25,848 bases of DNA. Origin: PVC group bacterium. Lineage in GTDB: Bacteria > Auribacterota > Erginobacteria > Erginobacterales > Erginobacteraceae. Below the pieces are notes generated by a model. That model was not told where the DNA came from. It saw nothing but the letters and a program-made list of their open reading frames with translations, and did no database searches. Positions 1 to 10,000 of the stretch are shown in pieces (the stretch's first letter is position 1; the number at the start of each line of letters is the position of its first letter). The stretch lies in contig JAZDIV010000090.1 of assembly GCA_043804695.1 (NCBI GenBank), positions 1 through 25,848 of the forward strand. The letters are read 5' to 3'. Both the position numbers and the translations under genes were made by a program.

Positions 1-434
1 GCCTCCACCAGGCACTTTTCGATCTCGGCGCCGGTCTGGTCGGCGGCGTGGAGGACCCGCCGCCGGGAGTGTCCTCCCTCCCGGCCCAGGTCATATTCCG
101 TCCGGTTTTTCCGGCGGCGGGTGAACCGCACCCCGAGCTCGATGAGTTCCCGGATCCTCTCGGGAGCGCTGTTCACCACCAGCTCGACCACCCCGGGGCG
201 GCAGAGGCCGTCGCCGGCTCGGAGGGTGTCCCGGATGTGGTCCTGAAAGGAATCGTCGCGGTCGGTGACGGCGGCGATACCGCCCTGGGCGTAGCGGCTG
301 CTGGACTCGGCGATGTCCTGCTTGGTCACCAGGGCGATCGAACCGGCGCCGGCCGCCTTCAGCGAAAAACTCAGCCCGGCCAGCCCGCTACCGATGACCA
401 GGAAGTCGGTTGTTATCTGGTCGTTGCTTGTCAT
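1..434 (-). CDS. nadB: L-aspartate oxidase (5' part; runs off the left edge of the window)
   Basis: Not in the ORF track. Manual translation from the ATG at 434 gives MTSNDQITTDFLVIGSGLAGL...SSSRYAQGGIAAV...HIRDTLRAGDGLC...YDLGREGGHSRRRVLHAADQTGAEIE, i.e. the FAD-binding GxGxxG, AQGGIA and EGGHS..R.LH motifs of NadB. Confidence 0.93.
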   Translation of the reverse strand, partial: MTSNDQITTDFLVIGSGLAGLSFSLKAAGAGSIALVTKQDIAESSSRYAQGGIAAVTDRDDSFQDHIRDTLRAGDGLCRPGVVELVVNSAPERIRELIELGVRFTRRRKNRTEYDLGREGGHSRRRVLHAADQTGAEIEKCLVE

Positions 435-489
435 CCGTTCAGTCCACGCAAATGTTGAAGGTGGCGTCGCCCCCTTTTGGTTCATAATA

Positions 490-525
490 GGACGGATCGG
501 TCAGATCCGTCGGATCCGACTGATT
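490..525. repeat. Intergenic tandem 9-mer repeat (GGTCGGATC-like), copy A
   Basis: GGACGGATC GGTCAGATC CGTCGGATC CGACTGATT; the same family occurs at 2923, 6053 and 7004. Confidence 0.8.
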
Positions 526-581
526 TTATTTCCTTGCTTCCTCTACGTCTCCGCGGCGTAGTGAAACACTCCTGAGAGAAC

Positions 582-1436
582 TTATAACCCCGCGGTTTTA
601 TGCCTGGCCACGCAGCAGTCAAGGTTGAGGGCGACCGGGAGGCTGGCAATATGGCAGGGGAGGGTCAGGATATGACAGTCCAGGCAGGTTATCCGGCCGC
701 CCAGTCCCCCCGGCCCGATCCCGGTCCGGTTGAGTTTCTCGATCACCGCCTCTTCCATCTCCGCGTAGAAGGGATCGGGGTGTCTGCGACCGATCGGGAG
801 GAGAAGCGCCTTCTTGGCCAGGAGGGGGGCCGTCTCGAAATTGCCGCCCAGGCCGATCCCGGCGATGACGGGAGGACAGGCGTTAGCCCCCGCTTCGCTC
901 ACCAGGCCGGCCACGAAACCGATGATCTCTTCCCTCCCCGCGGCCGGCGTCATCATCCGGACGGCCGACATGTTCTCGCTCCCGGCCCCTTTGGCGGCGA
1001 CGGTGATCTTCAGCCGGTCCCCCGGCACGATCCGGGTATGAATCACGGCCGGAGTGTTATCCCCGGTATTGCGCCGCCGCAGGGGATCGGAAACGATGGA
1101 ACTCCGGAGGTACCCGTCCCGGTAGCCTTTCCGGACGCCCTCCTCGACGGCTTGTTCCAGGTCACCCCCGGCGACATGCAGATCCTGCCCCAGCTCGAGG
1201 AAGACGACGGCGGTGCCGGTGTCCTGGCAGAGGGGGGCGTCGTTTGCCGCCGCCATCGCCACGTTGTCCAGCAGCTCGTCGAGCACCTTCCGTCCGTCGG
1301 GGGACTCTTCCTTCTCCCGGGCCCTCCGGAGCGCTGCCGTCAGGTCGTCGTTCTGGCGGCAGTTGGCTTCCCGGCAGAGGCGGGCGACCGTATCGATAAT
1401 CGAGGCGGCTGTTATTGTCCGCATATCATTATTCAT
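582..1436 (-). CDS. Fe-S hydro-lyase, fumarate hydratase class I alpha subunit (tartrate dehydratase alpha family)
   Basis: PLCQDTG, NTGDNTPAVIH, KGAGSEN, NACPP, GIGPGGLGG and PCHIASLPVA motifs. Confidence 0.92.
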   Translation of the reverse strand: MNNDMRTITAASIIDTVARLCREANCRQNDDLTAALRRAREKEESPDGRKVLDELLDNVAMAAANDAPLCQDTGTAVVFLELGQDLHVAGGDLEQAVEEGVRKGYRDGYLRSSIVSDPLRRRNTGDNTPAVIHTRIVPGDRLKITVAAKGAGSENMSAVRMMTPAAGREEIIGFVAGLVSEAGANACPPVIAGIGLGGNFETAPLLAKKALLLPIGRRHPDPFYAEMEEAVIEKLNRTGIGPGGLGGRITCLDCHILTLPCHIASLPVALNLDCCVARHKTAGL

Positions 1437-1460
1437 CTAATGATTAAATACAGAATAATA

Positions 1461-1532
1461 AAATCCCAAATCACAAGCACCTCAGCCAGAGGCTGATCAG
1501 CCTCTGGCTGAGATGCTTGTTATTTGGAATTT
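1461..1532. repeat. 72-bp near-perfect palindrome with a perfect 32-bp core
   Basis: Core CTCAGCCAGAGGCTGATCAGCCTCTGGCTGAG at 1481-1512; the arms extend to 1461/1532 with three mismatches and are made of AAATCCC/AAATCAC/AAGCACC heptamers. Confidence 0.9.
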
Positions 1533-1579
1533 GAGGAAGACAGTAGAGTGTGAACATTGCTGTTTTATCGGAATAGTCT

Positions 1580-2898
1580 CTAGGGGATAATTCCCTCTCT
1601 CATTAAAAGCTTGGCTTCTTCCCGGGAACGCTTAATGATGGTCTCCGCGGTCGCGGCCAGTTCCCCGCGGGAGAGGGGAACGGCGGCCAGTCCCTGTTCG
1701 ACGGCCGTCGTCCCCACCGCCGCCGCTATCCGGGGGTAAACCTCCCAATCGTCCATGGTGGGGATGAGGTGTTCCTCGTCCAGGCCGCGATCCCGGGCGC
1801 ACCCGGCCAGTTCCCTGGCGGCGGCGATGCACATCTCGTCGGTAATGGCTGATGCCCGGACATCGAGGGCGCCCCGGAAGATGCCGGGAAACCGAGCGAG
1901 GTGTTGATCTGATTTGGGAAATCGCTCCGCCCGGTGGCGACGATGCGCGCCCCCGCCTCTTTCGCCTCCCAGGGCCACAGTTCCGGGACCGGGTTGGCGC
2001 AGAGAAAGCAGACCGGGTCGCGGGCCATCCCCGCGATCCATTCTTTCCTGATCGTGTCCGGACCCGGCCGGGAAAGGGCGATCAGAACATCGGCATTTTT
2101 GAGGGCGTCTCCGGCACTTCCCTGCAATTCCGCCGGGTTCGTCCGCAGGCAGATCTCCCATTTCTGCGGGTAGGCTTCCCGCAGTTCTTCCCGTCCCCGG
2201 TGGAGCGTTCCCCGGCTGTCGCAGACAATCAGGTGAGCCGGGTCCGCTCCGGCGGCGATGATCATCCGGGCGATGCAGATGTTGGCCGCCCCCGCCCCGA
2301 CCAGGACGATCCGGGCTTGGCCGATCTCCTTGCCGACGATCTCGAGGGCGTTGATCAGTCCGGCCAGGGTGACGGCGGCGGTTCCCTGCTGGTCGTCGTG
2401 CCAGACCGGGATCCGGCACTCCTTCCGCAACCGCTCCAGGATGGCGAAGCACTTGGGCTGGGCGATGTCTTCCAGGTTGATCCCGCCGAAGGACGGCTGG
2501 AGGATCTTGACGGTCTCGATGATTTTTTCCGGATCCCCGGTGTCGAGGCAGAGCGGACAAGCGTCCACCCCGCCCAGGTACTTGAAGAGGAGCGCCTTGC
2601 CTTCCATGGTGGGCAGCGCCGCCTCCGGGCCGATATTGCCCAGGCCGAGGACCCGGGAGCCGTCGGAGACCACGGCAACCGAGTTCCACTTGTTCGTATA
2701 GTCATAGACCAGGGCGGGGTTTTTATGGATCGCGGAGCAGGGGGCGGCGACGCCCGGCGTGTACCAGACCGCGAAATCATCGATGGAGCTGATCCGGCAC
2801 TTGGGGACGACCTCGATCTTTCCGCGGTAGAACGGGTGGAGCCTGAGCGCGTCCCGGGCGGGCTGTTCTGCCCGCTTTAAAAGTTCGTCTTTGTTCAT
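1580..2898 (-). pseudogene. NAD(P)-dependent malic enzyme, split by a 1-bp frameshift near 1884-1888 (may be a sequencing error)
   Basis: The ORF from 2898 has YTPGVA, GLGNIG, MEGKALLFK, GGINLEDI, HDDQQGTA, GAGAA, ANPVPE and ATGRSDFPNQIN. The expected continuation FPGIFRGALDVRA...IP* lies in the frame ending at 1580. Confidence 0.88.
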
Positions 2899-2922
2899 TC
2901 CTCCCCGCGGCCCCTGTTTAGT

Positions 2923-2967
2923 CCACGGATCGGACGGATCGGTCGGATCAGTCCGATCGGTTGGATT
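2923..2967. repeat. Intergenic tandem 9-mer repeat, copy B
   Basis: CCACGGATC GGACGGATC GGTCGGATC AGTCCGATC GGTTGGATT. Confidence 0.85.
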
Positions 2968-2987
2968 AGTTCCACACTATTCGACGT

Positions 2988-4199
2988 TCAGCTTGTGCCC
3001 TCTGCGAATCCCTTCCACCTCTCTTCCAGGTCGGGATCGGCCATCGCCGCCAGCAGGTAATCGGTGATCTCCCGGGCGGTGGCCCCTCCCGGGCGGCCGG
3101 TGACGACCAGCTTCTTCTCGTATTGCCCGCAGATATCGAGAGCCATCTCGAGTTTCCGGGCCCGGTCCGGGAAGCCGATCTGCTTCAGGAGCATCGCGGC
3201 GGCCCGGATCATGCTGAAAGGGTCGGCGAACTGCTCCCGCCCCTCCTTCACCATCCGGGGGGCGCTCCCGTGGACGGCTTCAAACATCGCGTAGCGCCGG
3301 CCGATGTTGGCGCTCCCGGCGGTGCCGACCCCTCCCTGGATCTGGGCGGCTTCATCGGTGAGGATGTCTCCGTACAGGTTGGGCAGGACGAAGACCTTGA
3401 ACTGGGTCCGCCGACGGGGATCGAGCAGCTTGGCGGTCATGATATCGATGTACCAGTCGTCGGCCTCGATCTCCGGGTACCCGGCGGCGATGCCGGTGAA
3501 GGTGTCGAGAAAGAGCCCGTCTGTGGTCTTGATCACGTTGGCCTTGGTGACGGCGGTGACCCGGTTGATCCCGTTCTTCCGGGCGTACTCGAAGGCGAGG
3601 GTGATGATCCGGCGGGCGCCGGGCTCCGTGATCACCTTGAAGTCGATGGCCAGGTCGCCGGTCACCATGAAACCGTCGCTGCCCAGGATGTAAGCCCCTT
3701 CGGTGTTCTCCCGGAAGAAAGTCCAGTCGATGCCGAGCGCGGGAACCCGGACCGGGCGGACGTTGGCGAAAAGATCGAGTTCCCGGCGCATTGCCACGTT
3801 GGCGCTCTCGATATTCGGCCAGGGATCTCCCTTCCGGGGGGTGGTGGTCGGCCCTTTCAAAAGAACGGGGCACTGCCTGATCTTTTCCAGCACATCGTCC
3901 GGGATCGCCTGGCCGACCGCGGCCCGGTTCTCGATTGTGAGGCCGTCGATGAAACGGAAGCGCACCGAGCCTTTTTTTAGTTCCGCCGCCAGGCACGTCT
4001 CCAGCACTCGCTGGGTCTCCCGGGAGATGATCGGGCCGATCCCGTCCCCCCCGATGATCCCGATCCAGAGAGGCTGAAGGCTCTGGTAGTCGATCCAGTC
4101 GGGCGCGGCCTGGAGACGCTCCACCCGCGCCAGCTGCGACTCCAGGATCCGTTTGAACCGTTCCCGGGCGCGCTCGATGATCTTCCGCTCACTCTTCAT
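2988..4199 (-). CDS. Isocitrate/isopropylmalate dehydrogenase family protein, probably isocitrate dehydrogenase
   Basis: GDGIGP, LKGPTTTP, SANVAMRRELDLFANVRP, RENTEG, KANV, NLYGDILTDEAA and FEAVHGSAP motifs. Start placed at MKSERK (4199), overlapping the upstream stop. Substrate inferred from the neighbouring citrate-synthase-like gene. Confidence 0.85.
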   Translation of the reverse strand: MKSERKIIERARERFKRILESQLARVERLQAAPDWIDYQSLQPLWIGIIGGDGIGPIISRETQRVLETCLAAELKKGSVRFRFIDGLTIENRAAVGQAIPDDVLEKIRQCPVLLKGPTTTPRKGDPWPNIESANVAMRRELDLFANVRPVRVPALGIDWTFFRENTEGAYILGSDGFMVTGDLAIDFKVITEPGARRIITLAFEYARKNGINRVTAVTKANVIKTTDGLFLDTFTGIAAGYPEIEADDWYIDIMTAKLLDPRRRTQFKVFVLPNLYGDILTDEAAQIQGGVGTAGSANIGRRYAMFEAVHGSAPRMVKEGREQFADPFSMIRAAAMLLKQIGFPDRARKLEMALDICGQYEKKLVVTGRPGGATAREITDYLLAAMADPDLEERWKGFAEGTS

Positions 4200-6033
4200 G
4201 CTGGGAGTGCTCCTCCTCCTCCAGTTTGGCCGCGTCTTCAAAGCGGATGTCCGCCCCCAGGACGCCGATGATCTCTTCCCGTTCGTCCCTGACCGGCGCG
4301 GAGACGGTTATGCAAAGTACCCGGTCGAAACGGGAGATATAAAAATCGGTGATGTAAGCCCGTCCGTCCTTCATCGGGTTGACGAACCAGTTGCGGTCGG
4401 AGAAGTCCTGATGGAGTTCAAACTCCTTGTCGTACTTGGCCCGGTCGTAAGGATGGACGACGTTCCGGGTCACCTTGACCCCGTTGGTGTCGGTGATGTA
4501 GAGGTACTTGATGAACGGGTCATTGACGATGTACTCCTCCAGGACCGGCTCCTGCCGGGCAGGGTCCATCGAACGGATCGCCGGATTGGTGACCATCTCG
4601 GTGACCAGGTCGAGGGCGATCGCCGCCACCCGGTCCCGGATCCGGTCGAACTCCGACTTGAAGAGGTGGGGGAGGTGCTTTTTGACCTGGAATATCATCT
4701 CGTCCGAGGAGATGTCCGTGGTCCGGCCGTCCTGATAGAGCTCATCCACCCAATCCCGGAGGTTGACCACGCCGGGATGGTTTTTGTCCAACTTGTCGGT
4801 GGCCAGGTCGGTCTGGGTCCGGATCCAGTAAAGGATGCCGGCGATGCCCGACTTGTCGGTCACCGAGACTGACGGCGGCCGCTTCAGGAGGGTCCCGGTA
4901 TCGAATATGTTGTAGATCTCCTCGTTCTTGATCGCTCCGTCGGCGTGAATCCCGGCCCGGGTGACATTGAAGTCCCGGCCGACCAGTGGGGTGTTGTGGG
5001 GGATCCGGTAATGAATCTCTTGCTTGAAGTACTCCGCCAGCTCGGTGATGACCGGCATTTCCATCCCGTTGGTGGACCCGGTGATCTCCGCGTAGGTGAC
5101 GCAGGCGACCTCGATCGGGGTGTTTCCCGTCCGTTCCCCGAAGCCGAGGACGGTGGCATTGATGGAGGAGCACCCGAAGAACCAGGCCGAGATCGCGTTG
5201 GAGGTGGCGAGGTAGAAGTCGTTATGTCCGTGCCACTCCAGCCATTCCTTGGGGACACCCGCCTCCCCGGTCAGGGCCCGGACCAGCTTGGGCACGCTGC
5301 GGGGAAGCGCCGCCTGGGACCAGGGCACCCCGTAGCCCATGGTGTCGCAGAGCCGGATCTTGACTTTGGATTTCGCCTGCCGGGCCCGCTCCATCAGCTT
5401 CTGGGCGAAAGGAACGATGAAGCCGTAGATGTCAGCCCGGGTGATATCCTCCAGGTGGCAGCGGGGGATAATCCCGTTGGCGAGGGCGGCGTCGACCAGG
5501 GCCAGGTACTTCTCCATCGCCTTCTCGCGGGTCGAGTTGAGCTTGAGGAAGATATGGTAATCGGAGGCGGAGGTCAGGATCCCGGTCTCTTTCAAACCCA
5601 TCTCTTTCACCAGCTGGAAGTCCTTTTCCACCGCCCGGATCCAGCCGGTCACTTCCGGGAACCGGTAGCCCCGGGCCAGGCACTCCCGGACCGCTTCCTT
5701 GTCTTTGTCGGAATAAAGGAAGAACTCACACTGGCGGATGACCCCGTTGGGGCCGCTCAGGCGGTGAAGGAAGTCGTAGATGGCGACGATCTGGTTGACG
5801 GTGTAAGGGGGCCGGGCCTGCTGGCCGTCCCGGAAGGTGGTGCAGGTGATCATCATTTCATCCGGGGGATCGAGCGGGATGGTGACCCCGTCGAAGGGAA
5901 TCCGGGGGACTTCGGTGTAAGGGAAAAGGTCCCGGAAAAGCTTCGGCTCCGCGGTGTGCGTGATGTCAAGCTTCTTTCCGGTCGGCTCCCTCCAGACGTT
6001 ATCCGATGGATAGACAAGTTGGAATTTTCCCAT
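4189..6033 (-). CDS. DRE-TIM metallolyase, Re-citrate synthase-like, with C-terminal Cache/PDC domain
   Basis: TTFRDGQQ, EWHGHNDF, GFGERTGN, TRAGIHADG..KNEEIYNIFDT and TDKSG.AG motifs. The C-terminus DRNWF...YITDFYIS...CITVSAPVRD..EIIGVLGADI is a Cache-type signature. Start placed at MGKFQ (6033). Confidence 0.8.
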   Translation of the reverse strand: MGKFQLVYPSDNVWREPTGKKLDITHTAEPKLFRDLFPYTEVPRIPFDGVTIPLDPPDEMMITCTTFRDGQQARPPYTVNQIVAIYDFLHRLSGPNGVIRQCEFFLYSDKDKEAVRECLARGYRFPEVTGWIRAVEKDFQLVKEMGLKETGILTSASDYHIFLKLNSTREKAMEKYLALVDAALANGIIPRCHLEDITRADIYGFIVPFAQKLMERARQAKSKVKIRLCDTMGYGVPWSQAALPRSVPKLVRALTGEAGVPKEWLEWHGHNDFYLATSNAISAWFFGCSSINATVLGFGERTGNTPIEVACVTYAEITGSTNGMEMPVITELAEYFKQEIHYRIPHNTPLVGRDFNVTRAGIHADGAIKNEEIYNIFDTGTLLKRPPSVSVTDKSGIAGILYWIRTQTDLATDKLDKNHPGVVNLRDWVDELYQDGRTTDISSDEMIFQVKKHLPHLFKSEFDRIRDRVAAIALDLVTEMVTNPAIRSMDPARQEPVLEEYIVNDPFIKYLYITDTNGVKVTRNVVHPYDRAKYDKEFELHQDFSDRNWFVNPMKDGRAYITDFYISRFDRVLCITVSAPVRDEREEIIGVLGADIRFEDAAKLEEEEHSQHEE

Positions 6034-6131
6034 TTTTCCTGTCCTCGTGTTGAAGTCGATTGGTTGGATTGATTGGATATTGATAAATATGAGTTGTTGT
6101 GAAAGTATAATAGCAGGAAAGAAATAAAACA

Positions 6132-7007
6132 ATGAACGAAAAAGTATATATTGCCCGGACGCAGGATCCCTACCGGGGCGCCGGCGAGGTTCTGGACGGG
6201 CTCGGCTTCCGGGTCACCGGCCGCCGGGTCTTCATCAAGCCCAACCTGACCGGCTGCCGCCCTTCCCGGGAGGGGATGGGTGTGGACATCGGCCTGGTCC
6301 GGGCGGTCCTGGAGCGGCTGGTCGATTGCCCGGTGATCACGATCGGCGAGTCCTGCAGCAAGACGGAGCGGTCGTTTGCCGCGCCGGGGTACCGGGACCT
6401 GCAAAAAGAGTACCCGCAGCTGAGGTTCCTGGACATGCGGGAGTCGGAGCATTGCTGGAAACCGATCCCCCGGCCCTTTCACACGGCCGAGATGCCGTTT
6501 GCCGCCGAGATCTTCGACCACGATTACCTGGTCAACATCGCCAAGCTGAAGACCCATTCCCTGGCCGGGGTGACGCTCTGCCTGAAGAACATCTTCGGCT
6601 TCATCCCCACCCGGAAGCAGAAGCTGATGTACCATCCTTTCATCCGCGCGGCGGTCCTGGACATGAACCAGGTGATCAGGAGCGATTTCTGCCTGGTGGA
6701 CGGGGTCTGGGGCAACGAGTTTGACGAGATCCAGTCCACTCCGATCAACGCCGGGGTGGTGATCGGGGGGGAGAATATCCTGGCGGTGGACGCGGTGGCG
6801 GCGGCGGTGATGGGAATCGACACCAGGAAGATGAACTCCTACCGGCTGGCGGAAGAGCTTTTCGGCGCCCCGGAGGCCACCATCCTCGGCACGCCTATCC
6901 GCGAGGTTTGCGGGTCGTTTCGCCAGGGCTGCCTGCTCACCACCCGCTTTCGCTACCTGAAGGAAGGCGCCCAGAGCCTCTTCTACCGCGCCGTCTCCCG
7001 CCATTGA
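6132..7007 (+). CDS. DUF362 domain protein
   Basis: VFIKPNL, ITIGES, VNIAKLKTH..AGVTLCLKNIFG, LVDG and AVDAVAAAVMG motifs; the only credible plus-strand gene. Confidence 0.85.
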   Translation: MNEKVYIARTQDPYRGAGEVLDGLGFRVTGRRVFIKPNLTGCRPSREGMGVDIGLVRAVLERLVDCPVITIGESCSKTERSFAAPGYRDLQKEYPQLRFLDMRESEHCWKPIPRPFHTAEMPFAAEIFDHDYLVNIAKLKTHSLAGVTLCLKNIFGFIPTRKQKLMYHPFIRAAVLDMNQVIRSDFCLVDGVWGNEFDEIQSTPINAGVVIGGENILAVDAVAAAVMGIDTRKMNSYRLAEELFGAPEATILGTPIREVCGSFRQGCLLTTRFRYLKEGAQSLFYRAVSRH

Positions 7008-7048
7008 GGATCGGTCGGATCAGTCGGATCCGACCGATCGGTCCGGTA
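7004..7048. repeat. Intergenic tandem 9-mer repeat between convergent genes, copy D
   Basis: TTGAGGATC GGTCGGATC AGTCGGATC CGACCGATC GGTCCGGTA; self-complementary, so it could form a hairpin. Confidence 0.8.
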
Positions 7049-7053
7049 ACAAT

Positions 7054-10000
7054 TTAAGCGGTGAAGAGAGTGAGGGCGGCCAGGTAGTCCCGGGCGCCGT
7101 CCCGGACCCAGTTGTCGAGGGTGCGGGGGTCTTTCAGCTGGCGTCCCCGGTTCCGTTCGACGGCGATGAAGCCGGTCTGAAGGCCCGGCAGGCGGCTCAT
7201 CTCCCCCCATAATCGCTCGCACTGCACCACCGGCACCGTCTCGGTCCGCCCGCCTTCCCGGATGAACGGGGCCTCTTTCAGGGTGACATAGACCGGGATC
7301 TCTTGTTCCGCCTCGGCGAGGGCGTTTTTCACGCGTTTTTCCGCGTCCGGGTCGCTCGCCGCCCCTTTGATATCCTCCCGGGTCAGCCAGAGGAAAGCGA
7401 GGAGCCGGTCGATATCAACCCAGGTGGTGAGGGAGTTGTAGCAGGAGAAGAGAAACACGTCTTCTTCCCGGGGCAGGCACCCGGCCTCGACGATCCGGGG
7501 CTCCCCGTTCACCCGGGCCAGGAATCCTCCCCGGTCTTCCCAGAACCGGGGAACCGCCTCGAAAGTGAGTGTTTTTTCCTTCATGATGTGAAAACCGAGA
7601 ATGACCGGATCGAGCGCGGCCCCCAGGGTGTCGGCATTGTGGACCAGCAGGTGGTTCAGCCCCGGGTTGTCCCGCAGCATCTTCCCCAGGGTGCCGTTCC
7701 GGATCAGGCCGGGGATCTCGTACCAGTGCCCGGGGGGGTAGAAGCGCTGGAGAGGGACATTCCCGTTGAACTCCTCCCCCGGGCCCATGGCCGCCGCCCA
7801 GCGGACCGTCCGCTCGACTCGCTGCCGGGCGTTTCGCCGCTGCTCGGGGTCGTGGATCAGCCGGAGCCGGGGTTTCCAGAACTCCCGGAGATCGTCTTCC
7901 CGGGGATAGAGCCGCTGGATGATGGAGCGGGAAGGGGAGAGATAAACCGGCCCCGTCGCGCCGAAATTCCGGGTTCGGGTGAGGGTGGAGGCGATAGGAT
8001 CGTGGGTCAGGAAGCTGGTGGTGACGGCGTGCTGGATGGGGTGTCCGCTCTCCTGGCCCGTCTTCGCGGTCTTGGCGAGGTGGATCTCGAGGAAGGAGCG
8101 GTGCCTGCCGTCCATCATCAGGAAGGGGCTCAGCAGCTTCACCACGTCGGCGCCGCCCGCCCACCGGCTTCCCAGTCCGGCTCCGAAGGTCACCGCCGCC
8201 GCCGCGCCCGCGCGGAGCGCTTTTTCTCCAAGGTCCCGGCACTTCCGGAAGACCGGGCTCCCCGCCCGGGGGACCGGGGAGATGTCATCCGGACCGACAT
8301 CCTCGATCAGGACATCTTCCGGGAGGCGGTTCCGGATAAGTCCGATCTCCCCTTCCCGGTAGAGCTTCCGGTTTCGTTCATGGAGTCCGGCGTCGAAGCC
8401 GAGCCGCTGGAGCAGATCGGGAGTGACCGGGGTCCCGGCTCCGGCCTGCCCGCGGCCCGCCCTGGCCGCCGCCGTCCCCGGTTCCGGAAGGGCGTACCGG
8501 CGCCGGGCCTGATCGATCTCCGGGGCGGGGGGAATCTGCATCTTCGCTTCCGGCCGGAAGGAGGGATCGGAAAGGATCAGGCGATAATAGTCTTCGGGGA
8601 GGAGGGCATCCCCCTCCCGGCGGAGTTCCCCCCGGATCCCGGTGGAGTTGAGGGTGAAGTCGAAGACCGCCGGTTCCATGGCGAAGGGGAGGGCGCGTTC
8701 ATACCTCTGTTTGACCTCGCCCATCAGTTTCCCCAGGTTTTCGACGACATCGCGGTGAACGGCCGGGCTGACGATGAAAGCCATCCCCCCGCCCGCCTCT
8801 CCGCCCAGCATGAGGAAACCCCGGTAATCGTCTTTCCATCTCTCCCGGACCCGGGAGATCAGCTCTTCGGTGTAGGCGTCCGTCGCCCAGGGGATGATCT
8901 GCTTGGTCCCCCTTTCCCAGTCCTCGGTGGTGAACCGCCCCAGCGCGGCCGTGTCCCCCCGGCGGATGGCCGCCACGATCCGGTCGAAGTATCCGGCTTC
9001 CCGCAAGCGCGCCTCCCACTCCGACCGGTAGCGGAGGAGGTACTTGTCGGTCACCAGTTCCAGGACCGGCCCCACGTCCCGGGCCAGTCCCCCGTGGACG
9101 AGGACGACGCTCTCCCGGAGCAGTTCATCAAGGCGGGGGGGGAGTTCCTCCGGAGGGATAACCCGGTAATCGGGGAGAAGCCTCCCCCGGCTGACGCCGT
9201 ACTCCGGGTCCCCCGGCCGGGCCGGGACGCCTTTGATGATCTTGATCCCGGGCCAGAGCCCGCCCGCATCCTGCCACCCGCCCCCCGAACCGCCCAGCCA
9301 CTCGCCGAGGATGGCCCGGGAGGTCACCAGCCTGCGTTCTTCATCGCTCAGTTCTCCCTCAGGTGAAGGAAGCTGGCCGGTCTGGCGCATCAGCCGGGTG
9401 ATGATGGCCGCGAGCAGGGTGGTGGAGACGGCCATCCGGGAGCCCCGGGGGAGGTCCCGGACCCGGGTGACCAGCTCTATCCCGCGCCCCCGTCCGATCA
9501 GCCGGCAAAGGATCTTCAGGACGGCCAGGCGGTTATCCCGGAAGGCGGGGGGGACGATCCCGGCCGCGATCACCCCCGCTTTCAGAAGGCCGAGGTGGTC
9601 GAGATCGAAGTTGAAGAGGTCGCCGGTGGTGGTGATGTTCCGGGCGATCCCCAGGTCGAGCGAGACCAGGCGGATGGCCGGCCGGTCGATGACCCGGCTG
9701 TAGCATTCGATCGGGGGACGGGGCGCCCCCGTGCCCTGCCGGGCGATGTCGACCGAGAGGTTGATGACCCGGGCCCCCTCGGGATAATCCATGGCCAGAA
9801 AAAAGATGTCGGACCATCCCGAGTGGCAGGGGTCGATCCGGACCGGGCAGCAGTCATAACCCAGGGGGTAAAGGCCGGTTTCGGGGCCGGGGGCGGCGCG
9901 GTCTTCCGGAACCCGGAGAGGGTAGTCGTCAATCGAGGTCAGCCGGTAGAGCCATTCGTTCCCCGGCGCCCGGCTGATGGAATCGTGGACCTGGTCGAGC

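Noticed and set aside
5853..7004. 383-aa minus-strand ORF
   Set aside because: Antisense to the DUF362 gene, which has clear family motifs.
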